Source: Blastocladiella emersonii ATCC 22665 (lineage: Eukaryota > Fungi > Blastocladiomycota). Taken from it: 64,000 nt of DNA. The position numbers and the translations under genes were made by a program. Location of the stretch: positions 2,666,001-2,730,000 of the forward strand of contig JANHCV010000002.1 in assembly GCA_025594325.1 (NCBI GenBank), given 5' to 3'. The notes under the pieces are model-generated. The model had not been told where the DNA came from, ran no database searches, and saw nothing but the letters and a program-made list of their open reading frames with translations. Shown here piece after piece: positions 33,435-44,351 of this stretch (its first letter is position 1; every line of letters starts with the position of its first letter).

Positions 33435-35505
33435 ATGCCAATCCAGGTCGACGTGACGCTCGCCGGCGACGAGGTCCGGAGTACGCGCTTTCGTCGTAGC
33501 GGGTGGTGGTCGGAGCTATCGCTGACACCGGGGACACTCTAGCGTTTTTCCGGATCCTGCAGTCGCTCAACAAGATCGGGACCGACTTGTTCATCGAGGT
33601 CGATGAGACCAAGGTGCGTTCCCGCGCTGCGTGACCGCGGAGGGCGACGCTGACCGTGTCTCGCGCGTGCGCGGGTAGTTCCAGCTCTCGACGCTCAACC
33701 CGAGCAAGTCGGCGTTCGCGCTCGTCAGCATCCTGCCGCTGTTTTTCCGGTCGTTCCACACGGCCGACCTCCCGCCCGCACCACCGACCGCGCAGCAGTC
33801 GCAGGCGGGCGGCAATCCCGCGCTGCCGCGGCTGCAGTGTCGGCTACCTCTCGCGGTACGCGTCTTCTGCAGCATCCTAGGCAACTCAAACTCACGCCAG
33901 CAACCGCGTGTAGCCGCTGTTCGCCATCTTCAAGGGCAAGCACGCGGCGATCGGGGCCAAGGGCGCGAACGGGATCGAGGGCTGCCGGCTCGCGATCGGG
34001 ACGCACATTGACTTTGGCGCCGCGTCACCCACCAGCGCCGCCGCGGACGCCGATCCCGAGGGCAGCGACCTGGACGCAGCGCAGCCTCATTTCGCGGTGC
34101 AGTTCACGTCGCCGGCAAACCAGGGCGGGACGCGCATGACGTTCCGTCTGCACCTGACGTCGCCGACGGTGGTGCTGCACCCGGTGTACACCAAGGCGGC
34201 GTGCCCGAACGTGTGGACGGCGCTGCCCGACCAGCTCGCGGGCATGGTGGCGCACTTCCACCCGCGCGTCGACGATATCGTGCTGCGGTGCGCGCCGCGC
34301 GTCGTGACGTGGCGCACGGCCCCGCCCGACGCTGCCGAGACGGACCGGTCCGCGGGTAGCGCGCTCGCGCTCGCGACGGTCGTGGAGATGGCGGCCGACG
34401 ACATGGACCCGTACGTGGTCGAGTTTGCCGGCGACAACGAGGCGGTCGAGGTGTGCTTCGGGTGGCGCGAGTTTAAGGCCGCGCTCCGGCTCGCGGAGCA
34501 CGTCGGCGAGCCGGTCTCGGCGCACTTCGGCAAGCCCGGATCGTACGTCGTTTGGTTTGACGCGCCGAATGGACAGCGACTGACTTGCAGATGCGTGTGT
34601 GTAGGGCGATCATCTTCTCGCTGCACAAGGCGGACCAGTTCATGCTCGACCTGGTGCTGGCGACGGTGCTCGACGAGTCGGCGTATGTGCCGCCGGCGCC
34701 CGCGGTACAGCAGGCGGCGGCGCGGGTCCAGCCGCGCAACAGCGGGCCGCCCGCACCTCAACCTCAACCTCAGCAACAGCAACAGCGCGTGGCGCGGCCG
34801 CCAACGGGCAGCATGTCCGACCCGTTTGCGCTCCCGGGGATGCCGGCACAGCGGCTGACGCGCAAGTCGACGGACGCGTCGACCACGTCGTCGACCATGA
34901 CGATCCCGTCGGTGGTGCCCGGCACGCAGGCATCCTCGCGCGCGGGAAGCGACGCGGGCGGTCCGTCGGGCTCGGCCGCAGCGCAGCAGCAGCAGATGCC
35001 GCCGCCGCCCCCACGGCGCCCGACGGTCAACGAGGACCACAGCCCGGCAGTCCACCACCAGCAGCACCGGCAGTTCCAGCACCACCCGGGGTTCCCGTTC
35101 GCGTCGCAGCACTCGCCCAGCGCGCTGCACCGGCACGAGTCGGGCGGGGCGTGGGTGGCGCCGACGCTCGGCGAGTCGGTGACGCAGATGTCGGCGACGT
35201 CCGCGGGCGGCGGCGGCGGCGACTCGGATCCGACGGCTGCGGCGGCGGGGGCGGGGGCGAACTCGCGCGGCGCGTCGTTCAGCTCGTCGCTCGGCGGGGT
35301 GTCGAGCGGGAGCAGCGAGATGCCTGCCACCCTGGCGCGCAAGCGGACGTGGGCCGAGGCGCAGCAGCACGCGGCGGCGGCGCGGCTCGCGGTGGTCCCC
35401 GAGGCCCCTGCGCGCGACGACGAGGAAGATAGCGACGAGGAGGTGCCGGGGACCCCACCGCCCGAGGACACGCCGGTGAGCAAGCGGACGCGGCGGTTGC
35501 TGTGA
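33435..35505 (+). CDS. RAD9: Checkpoint clamp (9-1-1) subunit RAD9, multi-exon
   Basis: Spliced FFRILQSLNKIGTDLFIE...LSTLNPSKSAFA, then FGWREFKAALRLAE...AHFGKPG/AIIF and LVLATV, followed by a disordered C-tail. Confidence 0.85.
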
Positions 35506-36287
35506 CGTGTGACGCGCGGCGGCGGACTGATGTCAGCGCGGGTGGGGCGGCCCCGCGGCACGGTGGCGGCGAGGCGCGACGCGTCGAGTGGCACGCTCAC
35601 GCGGATCGCTGCAGGTGGTGCCGCCCATGAAACCGCGGCCGCGGCGTCGTTGACCCCGCTCGCCCTCGCCCGTGCCCGCCGACTATAAAGAGGGCGCGGG
35701 GCCCCGCCACGGCGCCACGCCGACTTGCCCGGATCGTGTGTCCAGTGTAGCGTGTACATAAATCTCAACGTATGCATCCTCTTTCGATCACAGCGAAGCG
35801 CGGCGCGGCATGCAAGGGACCACGGCGGCGCGTGGCGTAGCGCGCCTCGAGCTGGCCCCACGCTGGCCCCGGCGACCTGCCCTCGCGCGCACCTCCCTTC
35901 CCAATCCTCGCACACACGTTCGCGGAGCACGGCGAGCGAGCTGGGCCGTGAAATCGGTGATGGTGAACGGTGATGCCACCCTCACCCTCTCGCGCCGCCG
36001 CTGACGCTTTCACGCTGCGCAGCTTCCCAGGCGGCCGGCGCCGGTGTCGCCCCAGACGTTGGTGGCCGGCGTGGGTCAGCAGGGACGGTGGGTGAGGAGC
36101 GGTGGCGGCGGGGCCCGCGCCGCGCCTCGGTTCCCACCCGCGCTCCGCTTCCTGGGGCCTCTCCCTCCTACCGCCTCTCGCTCCCGCAACGCATCCCGCG
36201 CAGCCCGCCGTTGGCTGACGAATACACTGCTCGCACACGCTCGCTTGCACCAGTCCGAGCCCGCTGCCGGCTCGCTCCCCCCACAAC

Positions 36288-39143
36288 ATGACGACGACCG
36301 ACATCGTCAAGCGCGACGGCGAGGAGCAGACGGACGAGCAGGCCCTCGTCATCGCCGGGTCGGCGCTCACGACCAAGCAGCCGACGCTGCTCAACGAGAA
36401 CGTGGCCACGACCATCTCGCGCGTGTCGACGGCGACGCGCTTCTCGCTGCGCTGCGTCGCCCTCGTGTGCGAGGCCTTCTTCGAGGCCGCCAAGTTCTCG
36501 ACCGCCGCCTCGCTCGCCATCTCGCGCCAGGCCCTCATCACCGCCCTGTCCTCGGCCCGCTCCACCAACCTCGCGCGCCGGCCCGGCGGCACCCGCGGGA
36601 TCGACGCGGACCCGGCGTCCTCGTTCCACTCGATCCTCGACGAGTACACGGCGCTCGGCGTCCACTTTGTCCACCACTCCTTCTCGCTCGCCGAGCTCTT
36701 CACCCTCACCACCTTCCACCTCGCCTCCTCGACCATCAAGTTCTCGCTCAACGCCTCCGAGGAGACGGTCCGCATCCTCGACGGTCTCTTCGGGTCCACC
36801 GAGACCTCGCGCGCCCTCGCCGCCATTGTCGAGATCGTCAAGCGCGAGATGGCCGCCGACGACGGCCACGCCGACGCCAACGACGAGGGCCCCTTTGGCG
36901 CCTTCAGCACCGCCTCCAAGCTCGCCGTCCTCGGCGGCATCACCAAGGCCGTCACCGCCTACGCCTGCCTCCAGAAGCTCACCCACCGCCGCAAGCTGCT
37001 CCTCCTCCCCGTCGACACCGTCTTCGAGTTCACCGTCGACTACGACCGCATCCGCGCCCTCGAGGACGACGAGGAGCGCGCTGCCGACGCTGCCGCGGCC
37101 GCGGCCGAGCTCGACCCCGACGAGCCCGTCGACCCGCTCGACGACACGGGCGCCCCGCTCTGGGACTCGGACGACGAGCGCGAGATCTTTGCCGAGATGG
37201 AGGGCATGCTCGACCGCATGGCCCTCAACGAGAACGGCGGCACCGCCCCCGTCGCCCACCACCCGAAGCCCTCCCCGGTCTCGACCGCCGACGCCGACCA
37301 CGAGAACGCGCGCACCATCTCCACCATCGAGGAGCTGCCGCGCGAAGAGTCCGACGCCCCGCTGCTGCGCCACCAGACCAGCCTGCAGTCGCTCGTCACC
37401 GACATCCGCCACGCCGTCGCCCCCGCCGCCGAAGAGTCCACCCCGAAAGCCAACCACGCCTTTGCGCGGCCCAAGGCCGTGGCGCGCCGGTCGCCGCACA
37501 TCCACTACCCGCCGGGCTACCGCCACCACCACGCGGCCGCGCGCCGCCCGGTCCTCGCGCTCCCCGCGCCCAAGGTCCCGCAGCCGACGCACGTCTACCC
37601 GCGGCAGCCGCTCGTGACCAACCTCGCGCGGTACCTGCAGTTCGCGACGGGCGCGTACGGCAAGCGGTTCATGCGCATCTTCGGGATCGGCCGCGGCCCG
37701 ATCCCGTCGGTCGTCGGCGACGTGCACCACCCGAACCACCACGCCTTCGCCGCGCATGTGGGGATCGGCGTCCACGATATCGTCCTGTCGTCGTTCCAGC
37801 CCGCGCGGCCCGGGTACCTGTCGTCCGACGAGCAGGCGGCGGCTGCTCAGCAGCACAACTTCTTCAACGCCGCGTCGATCCTCAACCTCGAGGCCCCGCG
37901 TATCCACCCGCTCGTCCACTACCTGTGCATCGACCACGGCGCGCGTTCCGTCGTCCTGACCCTGCGCGGCACGCTCGGGCTGTCGGACGTGCTGACCGAC
38001 CTGACGTGCGACTACGCCGACCTGTCCGTGTACGTGCCCGACGTCGACGAGGCGTCGGGCCGCGTCGGGCCGGGCAAGACCAAGCGCGTGTTCCAGGCGC
38101 ACGCGGGCATGGTCAAGAACGCCGAGCTGCTCGCCAACGACCTCGGGCCCTTCATCAAGCATGCGCTCGCCGAGAACCCCGGGTACGGGCTCGTCCTAAC
38201 GGGCCACTCGCTCGGCGGCGGTGTCGCGGCGCTCCTCGCGCTGCTGTGGTCGGACCGGTTCAACGACGCCGCGGACTCTACCGCGTCGTCGGTCGTTGAC
38301 GCCATGGCCGAGGACGAGACGGTCGACGAGACCACGTTCCTCGACGCGCAGATGCACCGTACCGCCGCGACGTCGGGCCTGCCCGCGGGCCGCCCGCTCC
38401 ACGCCTTCACGTTCGGGTGCCCGTGCGTGGTCTCGCACGAGCTGTCGGTGCTGTGCGGGTCGCTCGTCACGTCGGTCGTGCACGGCGCCGATATCGTGCC
38501 GTCGCTCTCGCTCGGCATGCTCACCGACTTCAAGGTCATGACCCGCACCCTCAGCGACTCGCGCAACCGCGGCGTCGCCGAGAAGATCATCACCAAGGCG
38601 CTCGGGCTCGACCGCAGCGGATCCGGCGTTTCCGGGGATGCAGAACACAACATGGCTGACCCGATCACGGGCGAGCCGCGCGCGGTTCCGCACGAGGGCG
38701 ACTGGCTGTGGTCGCTCATGCAGACTCTGCGCGCCGAGATGGCGTCCGAGAAGCTGTACCCGCCCGGCACCGTGTACTGGCTGCGCACCAAGGCGTACGT
38801 CAAGCGCACCACGCAGGTCTCGGCCACCGCCTCGGGTTCCTCGGCGGCGGTGCAGCAGCAGACGCGGATGCCGTCGACCATGGCGCTTAGCTGGCCGTTC
38901 GCGTCGTCGCTGACGCCGCCCGCCGCGGGCCAGTCGGCGACGGCCGCGGGCGTCGCAGCCGCGCGCGCGACCGTGACCCGCGAGGAACGCCGGTACCTCG
39001 CGGTGCTCGACCGGCTCGAGGACGTGGACGATCTCGTCGGCGAACTCCGGTTCTCGCGGTCCATGTTCACCGACCACAACCCGCGGTTCTACGAGGACGG
39101 GATCCGCGCGCTCGAGCTCGGCGTCGCCGGGCACTCGGTGTAG
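36288..39143 (+). CDS. Class 3 lipase (DAG-lipase-like)
   Basis: Motifs YLCIDHGARSVVLTLRGTLGLSDVLTDL, AHAGM, the nucleophile elbow LTGHSLGGG, FTFGCP and TSVVHGADIVP. Confidence 0.9.
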   Translation: MTTTDIVKRDGEEQTDEQALVIAGSALTTKQPTLLNENVATTISRVSTATRFSLRCVALVCEAFFEAAKFSTAASLAISRQALITALSSARSTNLARRPGGTRGIDADPASSFHSILDEYTALGVHFVHHSFSLAELFTLTTFHLASSTIKFSLNASEETVRILDGLFGSTETSRALAAIVEIVKREMAADDGHADANDEGPFGAFSTASKLAVLGGITKAVTAYACLQKLTHRRKLLLLPVDTVFEFTVDYDRIRALEDDEERAADAAAAAAELDPDEPVDPLDDTGAPLWDSDDEREIFAEMEGMLDRMALNENGGTAPVAHHPKPSPVSTADADHENARTISTIEELPREESDAPLLRHQTSLQSLVTDIRHAVAPAAEESTPKANHAFARPKAVARRSPHIHYPPGYRHHHAAARRPVLALPAPKVPQPTHVYPRQPLVTNLARYLQFATGAYGKRFMRIFGIGRGPIPSVVGDVHHPNHHAFAAHVGIGVHDIVLSSFQPARPGYLSSDEQAAAAQQHNFFNAASILNLEAPRIHPLVHYLCIDHGARSVVLTLRGTLGLSDVLTDLTCDYADLSVYVPDVDEASGRVGPGKTKRVFQAHAGMVKNAELLANDLGPFIKHALAENPGYGLVLTGHSLGGGVAALLALLWSDRFNDAADSTASSVVDAMAEDETVDETTFLDAQMHRTAATSGLPAGRPLHAFTFGCPCVVSHELSVLCGSLVTSVVHGADIVPSLSLGMLTDFKVMTRTLSDSRNRGVAEKIITKALGLDRSGSGVSGDAEHNMADPITGEPRAVPHEGDWLWSLMQTLRAEMASEKLYPPGTVYWLRTKAYVKRTTQVSATASGSSAAVQQQTRMPSTMALSWPFASSLTPPAAGQSATAAGVAAARATVTREERRYLAVLDRLEDVDDLVGELRFSRSMFTDHNPRFYEDGIRALELGVAGHSV

Positions 39144-39871
39144 TTTGAGGAAGGAGGAGATTGTGTGGATGTATACGATTTGATCATGGTTGCTCGGTTT
39201 ACTTGTTTCGCGAGCACGCCCGGTCCTGCGCGTGGGTGAGGAAGCGAGCCGGCGCCTTGATGGCCGTGACTCGACGCCGTGCGCCACCCGCGCTGAAGGA
39301 AGCGAGCGCTTCACAGCCGATCGCCGCTCTTAACGAACTTGCACAACGTAGCTCATGAATGAAAAGTGCGCCGGGGACTTGCCGCAACGTGCCGGTGAGG
39401 ACTGGATAGACAGCAAGGCACACGTCGGCGCAGTGTTTGGCTCGCGGCGGACTGAGTGGTACGTTCCGGTTCAGCCGCACCACGACGCCCGCCACGGCTG
39501 ACGTCGAAAGCGTGAGCCGCCATGCTGGTACGAGTAGCTGGACACTTTCAGGTGTGGTTCGACGGCGTGTCCGCCTCGTCGCGCGTATCCGTGTTCTCCG
39601 AATCGGTACGCCATTTCCTTGATTCTCATTGTACCCGCTGCTTCGCGCCTGGCGGATTGCAGGGCACACGGCAACCGGCGCGCGCTTGATCCCCGCGTGA
39701 AAGAAACGGCGCAAAAGCCTGCCTCGGGCGTTCGCGCGCTGACCTCGGTCGCCGCGGTCGGCCGCCCGCATAAAGAGGGCGCCGGCGCCCTGGCCGGCGG
39801 CACGCCCATCCCTCCTCTCCCTCTTCCACACCATACCATGGACCACCGCCACGAACCACTCACGCATTACC

Positions 39872-40830
39872 ATGAAGACCGCCCCGTCGGCCCCGCTCAT
39901 AACCAAGAACGCCCTCAGCGTCGCACAGGGCAAGAAGACGCTCGGCGGCAGATGCGCGCGGATCGCCGCGGACGTGCACCTGGCGTCGGCGGCCACGCGC
40001 CTCGTCGTGGTCACGACAGCAGCTGCGCCCCTCAAGACGGTCGCGGCGGTGATCACGTCCGTCGAATCGGTCCAGTCGGCGGCCTCGACTAAGGCACGAT
40101 CTCTAACGGCATCGGTCGTGACGGGCTGAGCACTGACGCGCGCGCACTCCTGTATCCAGCCGAAGGCCAAACAGCCGAAGCAGGGCGCCTCACCGTCCCT
40201 CAAGCTGGTCAAGTCGGCGGTCTCGACCAACGTACGTTTTCTCACTCTGCATTGGTCGTGACGGGGCAGAGTACTGACGCACACGCACACCCCCGCATCT
40301 AGAAGTCCCTCCCCAAGAAGGACAAGGAGGGCAAGCTGGTTGCCGGTGCGGTGCTGGACAAGAAGAACGAGGTTCGCCGCTCCAAGCGCGACCAGAAGGA
40401 TTCGCTGGCAGTTGCTCCTCGAGCTCGCCGTGCCCCCGAGTGCCTGCCACGGCAAGAGTGCACCGCGCTGCGTGGACCGCACTCGGTCGGGCGCCGCGAA
40501 AAGACCGCGTCGCCCGCGCGAGTGCGGTCCCCTACACGATTTCGTCAGGCAGCGCGGTGTAGGACGGCCGTGGCCGGGACTCCCGGCGCGGGCGCGGCTA
40601 CACAGGTCGCTGGCCGTCGACGGCGTTGTGATAATAGAAGTCGCTCACTTGCTTGCTCGCAACACTCTTGTTCTGGCCTTGTCGCAGACGAGGTAGAGGG
40701 GACAGAGGCGTGTTGGTCAGATTGGCGTGCAGCACGTGTGGCGCGACACGCTCGCGGCCGCCGAGTTTCTTCGCGGCGGCGTTCCCACGCTCGCTCTCTC
40801 CCCTCCCCCTCGTTACCCGCCGCCTCGTGA
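39872..40830 (+). CDS. Orphan basic (Lys/Arg-rich) protein, 3 predicted exons with a GC-AG first intron; may be decaying
   Basis: CATAAA-like box near 39770. Exons 39872..40093, 40160..40231 and 40303..40830 join in frame. AAG-rich codon usage fades in the 3' part. Confidence 0.45.
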
Positions 40831-41502
40831 AGCTATCGAGCGAAACCTGGCTTCAAGCAACGCATCAACCACCACCGAGCACCCGCAAGTGCACCGCCTG
40901 CCCGTGCCCGAGGCCCAGCACCACGTCCGACACTTGGCGCGCCCTGCTCGCCTCTTCATAAGAGCGCTCGGTCTCCACGCGGGCCTGGTACGCCGTCTTC
41001 TGCTCAACGTGCTCGATCGAAGGTGTGACTAACGGTCGCCTCGCTGCTGCGAGTAGCATCGCTGTTCCCACGCCGGTCGACGCGCCGCTTCTCGCCCAAG
41101 TCAGTCGCCCCGCGCGCCCAGACCTGGTACGCCTCTTTTCCTCCGATCCACCTTGCACCCGCTGCTTGCTCGGCTCCGTGGATCGCGCGGCGGATCGCCC
41201 TCCGCGGTCTCGGCCCGTCGCGCCCAGCGGGCCGACCACGATGGTGGACCGAGCCAGGCAGCATCCCCATCGCACCGATTCAGCTCCTCAACGCTCCCTC
41301 CTCCCCGCAGCTCTTGAACTGCCAACTGACGTCTGCATGTCTCGCATCTAGCGCCCTGCCGCACGTCCTCCGCCATCGAATCGACTCTCGGTCGCCCTCC
41401 CTCGCCGCCACCCCCGCCCACGCCCATCGTCTCCTCGAAATAAGCGTCAAACGTCCGGTCGAACGTTACGACCTCAGTACCCTTCTGGCGCTCGATGATG
41501 AG

Positions 41503-42291
41503 ATGGCGGATCTGCAGGCGGAGACGGCCGCGATCGAAGCCGACGCGGCGTTGCAGGCGGAGGCGGCCGCGATCGAAGCCGCCAACGCCCTGCGGGTGGA
41601 GCAGGCCGCGAACGCCGTGGCAGCGCTCCATCCGAACGGAGACCCAATGCCGACCGCCCCTCGCCGTCGCCGTCGCCTTCGCGCTTCGAGGAACTTCACG
41701 TGGCTCGCCCTGCTCGGTATGGTTTCCTGCGAGTTCTCGCTGGATCGGAGACGCCGTGACTGACGACGACGCGTGTTTGTAGGCATCCTCCTCGCTGCCG
41801 CATGGCCGGTGTACCTGTTCTTCGACACGGTCAAGACGTGCACTGAGAAGCGCGGCCACGTCGTCGTGTGGAGCGACGCCGGCGAGTGGGGCCTCGGCAC
41901 GTTCCAGTGCATCCCGGCGCGTGGTGCCGTCCAGCACGTCGTTGACGGTGGCCAAGATGGTGCCGCCGCGCAGTCGATCCACGACACGCTCGGCGCGGCC
42001 GAGGTGCACCTGGACCGGATCGACAACGAGCTCGCCAAGCCGCAGAGACGTGTAGACGACTCGGTCCAGTCCGAGGACCCCGACGCCGCCTCGTCGCGCG
42101 AGGTCGACCTCAAGCTGGGCGCGAGCCTCGAGGACCTCGACCCCAGCGGGCGTCGTGCCACGTGGCGCGAGCTCGAGGACAAGTGCGCGACCAGCGGGAC
42201 GTGTACCAGGGCGCGCATTCTCGAGTACGAGATCCGCGAGGTCATCGACTTGCTCAACTCGCATGCGGGGTCCGAGTTCCGGCGCTCGTGA
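41503..42291 (+). CDS. Orphan membrane-anchored protein 'A' with N-terminal 13-aa repeats, 2 coding exons
   Basis: ATG 41503. A phase-1 intron 41717..41782 splits the hydrophobic segment (FTWLALLG/ILLAAAWPVYLFF), which is preceded by RRRRRLR. The second exon has coding-like GC3. Confidence 0.6.
41512..41616 (+). repeat. 39-bp tandem repeat (LQAE(T/A)AAIEA...), two copies plus a partial third
   Basis: (C/T)TGCAGGCGGAG(A/G)CGGCCGCGATCGAAGCC occurs at 41512 and 41551. Confidence 0.85.
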
Positions 42292-43679
42292 TCCGCTGCG
42301 ACCTCCTCGGCCTGTTCGTTGCGGCCAAGCCGTGTGTCGTTCGTTCCCTTCCCTTTCCCCTCGCTCAACCATTGTCCCGTCAATTCACCGCCTCCAACCA
42401 TCTCCATCCATCGATCTCATTCCCTGTTCCAACTCACTCATGACAATACCAAAGACTTGGCGATATCGACCATGTCCTCGTCCTCGCTCGACCGGACCGC
42501 GAGGGTCTCGCGAGCCGATGTGGCGCTTGGCCGTCCCGGTCGATGCGAGCTCCATGGTATGGACGCGTCAAGCAATCCGCTTTCGAACGGCGACAAACTC
42601 GCGGCACTCGGGCGGCGGGGCCGCTGCTGGTCGCTCAGGGGCGCAAGTGAGGCGGAGGGAAGTTGCCTGAACGCGAGCGCGCCAGCGGTCAATCAATACC
42701 CGCCGCTCGCGCCCCGTGGAAGTTGGCAAGCGGCTTTGTCGGCGAGGACCTTGAAGCCGTCGGATTGCTCAAGCATGCATTCGTGGCGCTCAAGACCAGC
42801 ACACACTCCGTCGCTTCAGGTGGGAGGTCTGGTCGCCTCCGTGGAAGGTACGCGCGCCGGCTGCACAAGCTCGGCAAGGAAGGCAGGCTTGGAGTTCAAG
42901 TCCAAGAAGGCTGCCGCACGACAAGCCCAGCGACTCGGACAGGTCGCCAAGGCCGGTGGCCGTGCGTATCACGCCGACGTTGTGTATATAGCTGCGGCAG
43001 CACGCGGAAGACCCGAACTCGGCTGTGTGCCTGATTCAGCATGTTCGCATATGCACAGCTCGAGCTGGGCCGGTGGCGCTCGGTAGGCGGGCAGTCGGTG
43101 CTCACAAATAGCAAATTCTCTCGTCCAGGCATGCTTCATGTGGTTGCATCGAGTTTCGTGGCGGCGCGATGATGGAACGCCGTGATGGACGGCGGTGAGG
43201 ACAGGAGGGAGGGGCGGGGGTGGCGTCGCAGCGGCAGGGGGCCGACCGCTGAAACCAGGGAGGGGTTCTGCTGAAACGGTTCACGTGCGGGTGAGGGACG
43301 CGCCGAAAAAACGCGAGACACTGCCGCGAGACAATTTTGGCCCACGCGACTCCGGCGTGACCACGCGCCGATCGCGACGCGTATCCCAACACCATGGAAA
43401 TACTACTAAAGCTCGGCGGCACCGCTGCGTGGAATTGACCCTCCGATAGTATATCTGGTGCGCCGACCAGCTCCAGCGGTTGCTCAGCAGCGCCCTTCCG
43501 AACGCCCCGCTCGGGCACCGCTGCCGATCCGTCGTGCCCTGGCCGAGAGTCGACGAAGTGCTGAGTTGGTGCGAGGTTCTCCTGAGGACGAAACACAATC
43601 GTTGGCCGACACACGTGCGTGCTCGGCGGAAAGGGAGAGCGGCAGAGCCGCGCCGGCGATTCTCACGCCCGCCGCCCGT

Positions 43680-43686
43680 ATAAAAA
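43680..43686 (+). promoter_or_regulatory. TATA box upstream of orphan gene 'B'
   Basis: TATAAAA followed about 20 nt later by a pyrimidine-rich CTCT tract. Confidence 0.55.
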
Positions 43687-44351
43687 CCGGCGCCCGCCGG
43701 CCTCTCCTCTCTCTCCCCCTCAACCCTGCTCTCTCTCTGATAGCAACGTAACTCTACGCATCGGCCACCGACGACCGACCACGCCGCCTGCTCGCGCAAG
43801 TCCAAGTGCCGCGCCCGCTTCGACCGCCGTCCCTCTCCAACTCGCGCGAACCCGCTCGTGCTTCGACACCCCGGCTTCGTTCGGCTCCGCAGCTGTGGTA
43901 CGTGCCCGCTCTACTGTCCGTGGTGAAGTGCGTGCAGGACCCAACTGACTCATGCTGTGCGCGCCCGTCTAGTCCGCTGTTCCTCCACGGCCGGCTGATC
44001 AACGACAAGCGCATCGGCTGCCCGCTTCCCCTCCCTGGTACGCAATCTCTCTTGAACCGGTGCTCTCGCTCGACGAGTACCTGCTTGCCGGCGGCGCTCG
44101 CGTCACGCGGATCGCCGTCCGCTCCGATGCAACGCCGCCGCCGCCCCACCCGCTGGGCGGACGGACACGGCGCGCTCGGAGCGGGCGAGCTGCCTGCGCA
44201 CACCGAGAGCGCCCTGCAATCACCATCACCTACGGCCACCCAACCTAACATGTGTGTGTCATGGCCGTCTGACAGAGAACCCGACAGCCTCTTCATCGCC
44301 ACAGCGCCCCACCATGCGCGACCCCAAGACCCCCCGCCCAAGCACAAGAAG

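Noticed and set aside
36044-38299. Long Arg/Pro-rich alternate-frame and antisense ORFs (751 aa and 664 aa) over the lipase
   Set aside because: Frame-shifted and antisense artefacts of high GC; the same applies to similar ORFs over CFAP91, cyclin B, OYE and GTPBP2.
41127-41351. TPP riboswitch in the 5'-UTR introns
   Set aside because: No CTGAGA or GAACCTGAT core in either intron.
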